Assembly (NCBI RefSeq): GCF_001194135.2
Contig: NC_068984.1
Location: 70,279,697-70,326,393 of the forward strand
Origin: Octopus bimaculoides
Taxonomy: Eukaryota
DNA: 46,697 nucleotides
Direction: 5' to 3'
Below, in pieces: positions 35,939 to 46,697 of the stretch (position 1 is the first letter of the stretch; each line of letters opens with the position of its first letter). The position numbers and the translations under genes are program-made. A model generated the notes under the pieces. The model was given only the letters and a program-made list of their open reading frames with translations. It ran no database searches and was not told where the DNA came from.

Positions 35939-38529
35939 CACGCACGCACACACAGACACACACATATAAGAGTGGTATCACTTGTGAGGCCTTTCATGAG
36001 TGCTGCTGAATGTTCGGCACCCCTAGATTCAACGATAATCTAGCAACAGCACAGGTCTTCAGAAATTCTGTGCTGGTATCTGGCATGCTGGAAGACTACT
36101 GAGTGTGAGGTACCCCTTAGATTCTGCATGTCTTTAAGAAAACATCACTGGTATAAAACCAGATATGCAAAGAATGGTATACAGTATTTTGGGAATCTTT
36201 TGCTTGCCCTTGATCATGTTGCACCCACATTCCTGAGCCAGTGACCCATATTGGCATTGGATATCTTGTTTTGGCTTGTGTTTGGATTATATCAGTAGGA
36301 TGGAGAGGGTCTGTGAGATGTTGTGTAAGCCTTATTGGACTTAAAAGTTTAGTTAGTGCAATCACTGATGAGGTGATTACCAGATGCCTGGTCAAGTAGG
36401 AAGGTACAGCAGCAAGCATGGAAGCTGCAGACATGAACCTAGGTAAAGCTAACTGCTGGTGCAATAACCTAATGCATGGGCGTTGCTGGCATTTTGCATG
36501 AGCAATGGTCAGTGGTGATCTTCCTCAGTCATGAGTGGACAGCCATCAACATATAAATACACACCCACACACACACACAATGTGCTTTCATACAATATCC
36601 ATTAACTAATTTCGCTTACAAGGTGTTAATCAGTCTGTGACTATATTAGAAAAGACTTTCTCAAACTTCTACAAGACCAGATGTTTTTGAAATAGACTTT
36701 GCAACTACCCAGCAATATCAATGTTAATATTAATAAAAATAACATATTTACACAATGAAACTTGTTCAGCCATTCATATTTATGTCTGTCAAAAACAATA
36801 CAGCAAATTTATTAAACAAATATTTACAGATTTTTCTTACATTTTATTAATTTATGAGATCACAAATATATATACCTCACAAAATATGTTGTTGTTTGTA
36901 TTTCTATTTTATAGAACAAACCAAAATGAAAGATTTGCAATATAAAATTGCTCACAGGAATTAAAACTGTAGAGGTAGAACTGGCACAGTAGCTTCCTAA
37001 ATTTTAAGATGATTGGACAAAGTTCAACTTCAGAAGAATAAAATGCAAATGACATTTGCAAAATTTAGGCATTATTATATTCTTAAAATGTTCCAACCAA
37101 AAATTAAAATTTGATTTGGAGCATAATACTTCATAGTTCCTGGCATAAACCAGAAAACCCATTCCAAGTCTTAGAAAAACCATAAGTTCTAGTTGTTACA
37201 ACAATGGTTGCACTGCTGCCCTGTAAAGCAGTTAGCACCTCAATTTGGCAATGTGTCAACCAGTTCAGGTATATATAAAACAGGAATTAAAGTTAACAAG
37301 GTAGTATGTATGATTACTATTTGTGACAAAATGCTGAATAGTCTTATTTTCAGTTCAATAAATTATATGTGAATAATTCAATTTCATTGTTATCTACACA
37401 AGTTAAATTGTTATTGAAGTTGAAAGCATATGCTCTGTAAAGGTATAAGAGTTATTGTACATGATTTAAAGTAACACTGATTTCCTTTATTGGCAGTAAT
37501 CCACAAATTTGTAGGAGAGGTGAGTAGGTAATTAAATCAACCCAAGTACCTGTCTGTTCCTTATTTTACTGAATCACCAAAGAAGACTTATATAAGTTTG
37601 CCAAATGTAAGTTATTCAGTAATACCAGTGTGCTTTCAACAATGCGATTCATGATAATTTCTTTTATATGATGGCCTGAAGAAGAATTTTCAGACTTCTC
37701 AGATTCACCTAGCCAGGGCAAAATAGGGATAACTGGATGAAGTAATTTAGTACTGTAAATGTTCCATTCCACTAGATTCGAGTTGCTAGACACAGAAGAA
37801 CAAACAGAAGTGGTGACAGTTTCATAGAGATGCATAGGAGGGTAGTCTAGGAAAGAAGTTCATAAGAAAAAATTACTTCGTTGTAGATGTGACATTTAGA
37901 AGGACATAAATAAAAGCAGGAAAGGGACAGGGCACTGTGTGGGTTTAAATGGATGATTATGTAGTCTAAGTAAAAAAAAAAAATGAAAAGACAGTGCTGT
38001 AGTTGCCACTGAATAGTCAGTCAGCAGAAAAGTGGTAAGTTTCAAAATTTGTGGGTGTGAATCATTGCCTTAGATGTATTAAATTTAATGACTAGTGAAT
38101 AACTTCACCATCTAACTCATAAATGCCTTTAGTGCTATCCACTCTATTGCAAGCATTCAGTAAATCCCCTATTTGAGGATAACTTTTAACCATTTCTTCT
38201 GCAGGTCATGGAGGCGAGGAAAAAAATATTTAGCAACTCTTCCTAGCCTGCCTTTGAAGTTGCTGCTAAAGGGAAACAAAAACCAACAAAAAACAAAAAG
38301 CTCACAGATCTACATTAAAAATATTTTGTATACTCTTATGCATACATGTGTACATATGTGTATTTCTGTTGATATGTTTTCAGATACATGCTAGAAAAAG
38401 ACACTTTTAGTTTGGCAGAATATGTTTCAAAATGATTTTTAATACCAGCATAATAAAGGCTCAATATAGAAGATATTGCTTTGCTATATTACTTTGTATG
38501 AACAATTTGTTTATTACTGTCAGAGATAT

Positions 38530-38752
38530 AAAGCAGAAGGCTAGCAGAATCATATCATTAGAGCAAGAGAAAAATGCCTTGTAGTATTCGTTTCATTACT
38601 TTATTTTCTGAGTTCAAATCTTACCAAGGTCAACTCTGTTCTGACCCCTCCAGAATTGATAAAACAAAACAGCAGTTAAGTGCTGGTGTTTATGTAATCA
38701 ACTAATCTCCTCCACTCAAGAATGTTAGCTTTGTGCCTAAAATATAAACCAT
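38530..38752 (+). mobile_element. Old family B-related SINE
   Basis: TTCTGAGTTCAAATC..CCAAGGTCAACT..GATAAAA..TGTAATCAACTAA..CTTTGTGCCTAAAAT..AAACCA, with the same tail type as 20959-21148. Confidence 0.65.
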
Positions 38753-39020
38753 TATTGTCAGAGATACACATATAATGATCATGTACTTGGATCCTTTTAA
38801 AATGCTCTCATAGTTAAGCCCTTGGTTCATCTTGATCAAGCTTACATATGATCAAATATGTTCCATGACCATTCCATTTTTCTGGCACAGTAAACAATAA
38901 CTATTATTTACTGTTTTTCAATTTGTTATGTTAGTAGGATGTGATTTGAGGTAGAATTCCTACTTCTCAGAAATTATGTTTCCATGGAAAGGCTTTCTTA
39001 CTAGCTTGGCATTAAACTTG

Positions 39021-39055
39021 TTCTATATGTGTGTCCATGGGACACACATATAGAA
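39021..39055. other. Perfect 16-bp stem, 3-nt loop palindrome
   Basis: TTCTATATGTGTGTCC-ATG-GGACACACATATAGAA. Confidence 0.95.
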
Positions 39056-39541
39056 AATTCCGAAAATTCAGTTTGTTTATCCAAGATTCTTGAACATATG
39101 AACATAGGATACTAAGAAATGTAATTGTTCATTTCCATATTTTTCTTTCAAGGATTTGAAATGATTTATGAAAGGTGACATAATTCATTGAACTATGTAT
39201 TTACAGACATTCAATCTTATTATAGTGTATTGTGATGGGATCTAACGTCACTTTAAAATAATGTATCCAAAACCTGTTAAGAATTGGATTTCTTTTTGAA
39301 AGGAATACAATGGAAAAACGAAAGTTCTTTGTGATTAAGATATTGAATAACCACCTCATACCTCTAAGGTTCATGTCAGATGGCAGGAATTTTGAGATGT
39401 CTCTCACGAAGGCACTTAAAACTATTAGTTTATGTTTACCAGTTCTTTTTGGAAAATAACTGTTTTATCCAAGGAAATCAACATGTATCTATCAATGTAA
39501 AACCCGAGAAAAGTATAGTTACAGGGATCATTGTAATTTTT

Positions 39542-39904
39542 AGAAACAGGTCTATTTAGCCAGAGAGGAAGCAGATAGGAAAACATTTGCCAATGTTCTG
39601 TGCCATGAGGACCAAAAACTTCAGGTATTTCATGTTGCAAGACAGTGTGTGAGAGAGAATCATGATGTCGTAGGAGAGAAATGTGTCTACATGGATGATG
39701 GTTCACTTGCACTAAACATGACTGCAAAGAGAGAGGTTTGGAGATGCCACTATGAAAAATTTGCTCAATAAAGAGAATGAATGGGAGAAAGAGAGTCTGC
39801 CAAATGTCAACCCAACAGAGGGACCAGCTATTCTAATTGACAGTACCATGGTAGATAAAGCAATTAAGAGTATGAAGACAGGGAAAGCCCCCGGCCCATC
39901 AGGA
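39542..39904 (+). mobile_element. RTE-type LINE fragment upstream of the RT domain
   Basis: QVYLAREEADRKTFANVL...VVGEKCVYMDDG...KREVWRCHYE / LLNKENEW...VDKAIKSMKTGKAPGPSG with one frameshift. MK.GKAPGP is the typical pre-RT motif. Confidence 0.82.
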
Positions 39905-39954
39905 GAAGCATTCTAAAAATTCGAAAATTATTATCTAAATTATGTTGGGAGATA

Positions 39955-40378
39955 ACAGTTTATTCAAAGTAGCCTGTGTCAACTTCCATCATGACTTCAA
40001 GATGGCTTCAGATCCTGGTGCATACTTTCCTCACTGTGTCCCTGGGAAGATCTTCAAATGCCTCCTTGATCTTGGCAACCAGCTAAGCTCTAGTGTTGCA
40101 GGCAGAATGGTTGGTGGCCTTCTCAACCATACCACACACATAGTAATCCATAGGATTACAATCAGAGAAATTACGAGGCCAGAAATTGGTGCTGGTGAAG
40201 TCATAGAAATTCTCCAACAACCACTTTTGACTCTTTCTGAAGGTATGGCAAGAAGCTGAATCCTGTTGCCACACATGCCCTTCCAGCAGCAACCCTCTCC
40301 AGCCAGTGTTTGATCAAAGTCTCCTGTAGCTTCACATATATGTCAGAACTGAGCCTAAACCTCCGTTCAAAGATGGGG
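39955..40378 (-). mobile_element. Second DD37D (maT-type) transposase fragment, different subfamily
   Basis: HWLERVAAGR / VWQQDSASCHT...FWPRNFSDCNPMDYYVCG. There are 37 residues between the aspartates, plus a frameshift and stops. Confidence 0.88.
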
Positions 40379-40707
40379 CCTCACTAGATACTCACCCATA
40401 TACCATTAAAGTTTGGGGGAACTTGGTTTACGTGATATCCATGTCATGTTTTACAACCTCTACAGTGTTCACAGACCATTGAGCAGCAGTCATGATGTTG
40501 GCATATTGATACCCAACATAAATCATCATGATACAGGGAACACTTCCCTAATATTCAGATGTTTTCCAGTCTTCCATATCAGCAAATTTATGCTCAAATA
40601 CAACTTTAAAATTCATACTCTGCAATGCCATTGACTATTCACCAATACAACAAACTGTTCCATAAAAAAGGAGACATAAAGAATCATCATATTTAGCCCA
40701 AACACCT

Positions 40708-40772
40708 TGTATATTTTGACTATGATCATCACCGGCTGTATATTTTGACCTCCAATCATCACCGGCTGTATT
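40708..40772 (+). repeat. 29-30 bp tandem duplication
   Basis: TGTATATTTTGAC-N-ATCATCACCGGC twice, then TGTATT. Confidence 0.9.
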
Positions 40773-40814
40773 ACTCATGGCTGAATTCATAGAATTTAGA
40801 ATACCTATTTCTAT

Positions 40815-41044
40815 TTAGCCCTTTTGATACCAACACACCTGAAACTGCCTCTGGCTTTGTAGTACAAATGTCTTGTTTTCAAAAGATCTGAATTAAAATC
40901 GTCCACCAAACCTTAGTCCCAATTTATGTTCCTAACACTGGTTTAGTGATAACAAAGTTATTTTACTAAATTCTTAGTTATATTTGAAATTAATTGAAAG
41001 AAACATAGAGCATCTCAGTAGAAATAAGGTAACAAAAAGGTTAA
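40815..41044. mobile_element. About 230-bp MITE with piggyBac-like TTAA ends
   Basis: TTAG-CCCTTTTGATACC ... GGTAACAAAAAGG-TTAA gives a 13-bp TIR with 2 mismatches, and the left TTAA is mutated. Confidence 0.65.
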
Positions 41045-42100
41045 AAGTTAGTAATGGAGTAAAAATGAATAACACAGACTCAAATGCTATATTGAACACT
41101 TTTGCAAAAGTGAAAGCTTTTAAGGCTTCCAGAGCTATTAGTTTATTTCAGGTACCACTACATCTCCATAAATAAACTAAATCTAGTTAATCAAAAAAGC
41201 TTTAAACAATACATGGCAAATCAAGAATCTTATTTATACTATCAAAATGATATCTATTTTTACATGTTATATTCCTTCAGCTTTTTTACTTACCTTAATA
41301 ATATCATTAGGTATACCTTTTGTTATAATTATAGAACTTTCTCAGTCACCATTTGGAATGTCAATATGCCAAATGTGAAGAGAGAACTATAGCTTAGGTT
41401 AATCTCAAAACAGATAAATATTTAATAACTTTTGAGGTAGATAGTGAAAGTTTTTGAAGTGTTTACCAGTCTATCATCACATGTCCATTATCAGAGACTG
41501 TGCCTTTGCATTACATTTTTACATTATAGTTTAGAGAATGAGATGGAATAAACTTGTTGATTAGACTTGTTTTAATCTGTTTGACTGCTGGTTTCTGACT
41601 ATGTGCTGGAGATAAGAAATAATATCTTCTCACTAGCAGTATCAAAAGTGTTTACTGTTGTTGGATGTTGAATTACTGCTGTTCACTAGGACAATGACAA
41701 ATGTAGCTTTATAAGGTATTCTGGTTCAAGATTTGAAAATGAGGTTTAAAATATACAGTGAAAAATATTCTAGCTATTGACATTAATTGTAGCAAAGCTA
41801 TTTTTAATATTTGGTCAATATTTATATTATAATTCTCTTTTTTTTATAAATTTTAATATTACATAACTGTTTTCTTATATGCTGAATAATTTTGATGATA
41901 TTTTATTAGTTTACTTTCAATATTGCATTATAATTCGATTTTTATATTCCATCTTTCTCACATTTAATGTTTAATTAAAATGCGCACAAAGTTAATGTAG
42001 TACTTTTTTCTTTACATTTTTCAGTACACACTTATGTCTGAAATACTCCATACTTTACTCAGTTATCATAAAGAAAACATATTTAAGATAGAGGGAAACA

Positions 42101-42300
42101 TGTCATCATTGTTGTTGTCATCAACATCATTGTTCTATGTCTATGGGCTGGACGGTTTGACAGGATCCAATGGGTCAGAGGATCTTATCTTGTTCCAATG
42201 TCTCAATTTTGGCAGGGTTTCTTTAGCTGAATGTCCTCCTTAATACTTTTCAGTTTACAGAGTGTAGTGGGTGTTTTTTTGTGGCACCAGTAATGGTGAA
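42101..42300 (-). mobile_element. Dispersed repeat with RTE-like tail (related to 28010-28182)
   Basis: (CAT)-rich start, then ATGGGCTGGACGGTTTGAC...TTTCTTTAGCTGAATGTCCT. Confidence 0.55.
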
Positions 42301-43019
42301 GGGTTACATTGTAGCTTACAACATGAAAGACAGCTACCATGATGAATGGAACAAATTATTTTGTTGTAAGAGAAAAGTAATGGAGAGAATTTCAGAGACA
42401 AGAGTATTTGGGAGTGCCATGGTAAAGACAGAGACGAGAGAAACTGGAATAATAATGTCAAGGTTCAGTGTGAAAGGGAAGGGGTTGGGGACAAAATGGT
42501 GATGGTGATGGAGGTAGATTGAGTAGGTGGACCAGTGATGGGTTGGTTTAGTCCGCTTGTCATTTCTGCATGAGTTGGATGGTTTGTCAGATTCCAAGTC
42601 AGTTTTTATTGCAGTTATACAAGGTTTTTTGCTAAGTAAGGGTGATAGGAGAGAGATGTTTTCCAAACACTAATGTAATTTGCTTAAATTACAAATTATA
42701 GCATTGAAGATGACCTGCAGCTTATTCTACACATTTAAGTATTAGCAGCCTTGAGCTAAAGCTCCTAAATTGTCTTAGGTTAAGGTTAGACATACTTTCA
42801 TATAGGAAATAATATGTAAAGCATATTTCAGAATGTGATGTTGCATTATAGTTAAATGTGGAATGGAATGGATATTTAATTGTGAGAAGTGAGCAAAAAT
42901 TGGAAGTAATTGGAAATATGTATGATCTATTTGATATGCAGTATTAACTTCAATAATATCTAGTGCATGTGAACTGAATGAGTGATTGAAAAGTAATGAA
43001 ATTAGCTAGTGTCTCCTGG

Positions 43020-43295
43020 AGAGATGACTGCTTGTATGAATGTGTAATAGAAGTGAACAATGAGTGCTGGGTGAAATGAATGTTATGTTCTGGCACTGGA
43101 AGGTGCCTGTTGTAAAAAGAAAACAAAGGAACGCATTGGCAAAGTGGTGAGATTAGACATCAGGATGTTGGGCTCCACAAACAAGTTAGTACATGATCAC
43201 AAAAAGCGATACTACCCTGAATGCCAATTTTGTCCAGCAGCCCATACAAGCATGGAAAAGCAACGGACATTAAACAGATAGTGATGTTGATGATG
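43020..43295 (+). mobile_element. Highly decayed RTE LINE 3' end
   Basis: LEGACCKKKTKERIGKVVRLDIRMLGST resembles the RTE C-terminal EG..GRGRP.KTW..VV..D...LG motif. Tail AGCATGGAAAAG..CGGACATTAAAC..(GAT)n. Confidence 0.55.
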
Positions 43296-44369
43296 ATTGG
43301 TGAATCAAAGATTTTGCAACATTAGTTCTGGAATTACCATTGTAAAGTAATTCAATAGTCTATTGATAAGACAATGCTAAGAGGTATTATATTACACACA
43401 TACACACACACACATACATGCATGCACACACACACACACATACATGCATGCACACACACACACACATACCATACACACAAAATATACATACACACACATG
43501 AAAAAGATTGCTTAATACTGCAAAATCTTTCTAAGACACTCAAATAATGTTATTCAAACATCTGATTCATAATTACATCTTTTTAAAAAGGTCTCCACCA
43601 ATATAATGGTATTCAAAATTATTTTTATAACAATGCACCATTGAAATTTCCCATAATACTATAATGCAAATCAACTATCTTGTAATCTAATACTATTCAA
43701 AGCCTACCCATCTGTGTCAAGTTATTTCAATGACTAATAACATAATATCCAGTTATGCTTCAATGATAGAACAATGCTTAATATGATAATCACATAACCC
43801 ATGAATTCTCTCAAAACCCCGAGAATATGTATGACTATAAAGTGTTATTATTTCCTTGACCTTCTATACACTTTAACATTTTGAATAAGTACTTACAAAA
43901 TGAAATGAAAAGAATTATAGAATTGAAGGTGTAAAACCTATTTGTAAGTTCTCATTCCAATACTCCTGAGCAAGGGACCTAATTTTGATTGCTCCAGTTC
44001 ACTTGATTGTTGAAATTAGGTTCTACATCTTATTTCATATATATTTATTAACTGTGTTTCATCAGATTATTAAAGAAATTCCACCATCCCTGCCATTCAC
44101 CACAAAACAATTCATCCAAATCATGTGAAACTCATGAAAAGGATGTAAATATACAAAAATAAATAAATTTTTTATAAAAATTATATGGAAAACAAAATGT
44201 TCCTGTCAGAAATTTCGTAGACATCAGAGTGAGAAATATATATATATACATTAGACTTACATACTACTTAAAAGATATCCTTTTCCAATATCTTGAAGAC
44301 ATATTGACACTTAGTTGCTTATTTCAGTTACATTTTTAAAATTATTTTACACAACTATCACAAATTAAC

Positions 44370-44400
<31 letters not shown>

Positions 44401-45094
44401 NNNNNNNNNNNNNNNNNNNNNNNNNNNNNNNNNNNNNNNNNNNNNNNNNNNNNNNNNNNNNNNNNNNNNNNNNNNNNNNNNNNNNNNNNNNNNNNNNNNN
44501 NNNNNNNNNNNNNNNNNNNNNNNNNNNNNNNNNNNNNNNNNNNNNNNNNNNNNNNNNNNNNNNNNNNNNNNNNNNNNNNNNNNNNNNNNNNNNNNNNNGA
44601 TATTTACTTTACTTTACATTATACTCATTTATTGTGCTTTTAATTATTAATTTTTCTATATGTGATAGTGGATTTTCATCGATGAGTTCTTGAAAATTGG
44701 TTATTTTCCCTAAAACTATATATATTTTATATATACTTTATCTATAAGGCTCAATTTAATTTTAATTTTTTATAAATTGATTTTAATTGAGTTTTTTACC
44801 TGTAATTTTGGATTTTGTCCCTAATAATATTATTATATATATATATATATATATATATCTGTATATTGAAGTATATATTCTAACATTCAAAACATATTAA
44901 ACGGTGATGAAGTCCATTCTTTTGAAATGTGCAACAGTTCTCACAAACTCAGCCAAATAAGCAGAGATCTGAATATTGCCTATTGAGATTGCAATGTTTT
45001 TCTCTACTAAATGGAACACTTTATTATACAGTGTACTTGTGTTTTGGATAATCATTTCATTCTAGTGTAGGTTGAAACATATTTTTTTTATCTT

Positions 45095-45292
45095 TTTACT
45101 TTTTTATTCCTTCAGCTATTAGATTGCTGCCATGCTATGGAACCACCTTGAACAAACCAATGCAAGTATTTATTTTCATTCCGGTATTTATTATATTCCT
45201 TCTTAAAAGCTGCACCACTAAAACATGAAGGTATAAACGAACCAGTACCAGATGTCAAGTGGTGGTGGTGGCTGGGAAAGGACAAACACAAA
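45095..45292 (-). mobile_element. Diverged family A SINE tail and body
   Basis: GATTGCTGCCATGCT..GAACCACCTT...TGTCAAGTGGTGG..GGACAAACACA aligns with 1310-1505. Confidence 0.6.
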
Positions 45293-45326
45293 GATGTGCA
45301 CATGCACGCACGCGCACGCACACACA

Positions 45327-45371
<45 letters not shown>

Positions 45372-45911
45372 GTACATACATACATACACCTATAAATGCA
45401 TGCATATATTCATTCATGCATAAACAAGCTTGAAGGGTTTGTTCTGAAATTATTCACTTATAGCATCCATATCTGTGTATCATTGAAGATTGCAATTGCA
45501 GATTACATAAGTCATCTTTGATATAATTATTACATTTTCACATCATCAGAGCATATTTCAATCTTGCTTTACTGTTTATTTTGTAATCTTTATAGCTATA
45601 GAAACAACTAGCTAAAAATTTCAACTAAGTTACATGAATTCTCTTCAAAGCTTTCTCTCTCCATGCATAAAAGAACATATTGGAGTTCTATGTACAGCTC
45701 ATATGTCATATATCTTACTTCACTCTATGAAGATATACATATATCTATATACAATGGGCTTTCACACAATTTCTGTCCATAGATATGCATTCAAGCCATT
45801 GGTCAGTCCAGCACTTTAATAGAAGTCACTTACTCAAAGTACCATCCAATAGGACTGACTTTAAAATGACATGAGGGTGAAGCAAACTTCTAAACCACAC
45901 AGACGTGCACG

Positions 45912-45947
<36 letters not shown>

Positions 45948-45957
45948 NNNNNNNNNN

Positions 45958-45997
<40 letters not shown>

Positions 45998-46067
45998 CAT
46001 GCATAGAATATATATATATTCATACATACATATAGATATATATATTTATGTATTTATACATAAGGAA

Positions 46068-46391
46068 GGAGCACTTCGTCGGTTCCGACAATAAGGGTCC
46101 CAGCTGATATGATCAACGGAACAACTTGCTCATGAAATTAGCGTGCAAGTGACTGAGCAATCCACAGACATGTGTACTCCTAACGTACTTCTCAGGGAGA
46201 CTCAGCGTGACACATAGCGTGACAAAGCCAGCTCTTTGAAATACAGGTACTACTNNNNNNNNNNAAGCCAGCTCTTTGAAATACAGGTACTACTCATTTT
46301 TGCCAGCTGAGTAGACTGGAGCAATGTGAAATAAAGTGTCTTGCTCAAGGACACAACACATCACCAGGAATTGAACTTATGACCTTACGAT
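46068..46391 (-). mobile_element. Family C tRNA-headed SINE spanning a 10-N gap
   Basis: Minus-strand head ATCGTAAGGTCATAAGTTCAATTCC, then GTGTCCTTGAGCAAGACACTT and GCTCCAGTCTACTCAGCTGGCAAAAATGAGTA. Confidence 0.8.
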
Positions 46392-46697
46392 ATATACATA
46401 TATATGTATGACGAAATACCCAAGATGCAGATAAGATAGAGATTTTTATTTATTTACGGCCTCAAACATCTCAATACCTTGCGCTTTAGTTTTGTCCCTT
46501 ATTATTTATCTTGTTTCTCTCCATGAAATTCAATTGAATTCAGTTGTTGTCTTAAATTCATGCTTATTCATTTTCTAAGCTTCCTAAATTCATGCTACGT
46601 TATATTCTAATCACCCAGAATTCATTGCTCTTTTAAAAAATTACGATTTATGCATTGTTGTCTCTCAAATATTTAAAATCTACAATTAAGAGCCCTC

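Noticed and set aside
35700-36001. Apparent tandem duplication of (CA)n plus about 68 nt of unique sequence
   Set aside because: Identical copies lie on either side of an N gap, so this is most likely unmerged contig overlap.
36365-36390. CTGATGA followed by a GGT-GATT-ACC stem, hammerhead-like
   Set aside because: The required GAAA after stem II is absent (it reads AGAT).
36117-36464. 115-aa ORF in a comparatively GC-rich segment
   Set aside because: No recognisable domain in any frame. It is left unassigned pending a BLAST or Dfam search.
40395-40634. PLKFGELGLRD resembling the non-LTR LP..GGLG motif
   Set aside because: It is a single short motif, with no flanking similarity that I can recognise.
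46225-46294. 30-nt direct repeat inside a SINE
   Set aside because: Identical copies flank a 10-N gap, indicating an assembly artefact.

Overview
AT-rich, repeat-dense eukaryotic DNA from a gapped assembly, with N runs mostly next to (TA)n. The interspersed-repeat families look like those of octopus, but that is inference from recognition, not a search result. I found no intact protein-coding gene, tRNA, rRNA or CRISPR. Every ORF with recognisable motifs is a decayed transposon piece, and most other ORFs in the track are microsatellite or N artefacts. Content: two DD37D (maT) Tc1/mariner copies, a mariner catalytic fragment, several MITEs, a Helitron 3' end with a PIF1-helicase remnant, at least five fragments of restriction-like-endonuclease (R4/Dong-like) LINEs abutting (TAA)n, RTE LINE fragments, and about 20 copies of tRNA-headed SINEs, four with readable target-site duplications. 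Most notable: (1) RLE LINE ends sit in (TAA)n, and a related 3' end sits in (CATA)n. (2) A decayed minimal hammerhead-ribozyme motif at 5348-5387. (3) An RTE with twin-priming-like 5' inversion geometry. (4) A Helitron-linked minisatellite with seven TTCCAGGAA motifs. (5) Inverted repeats that could form long dsRNA.
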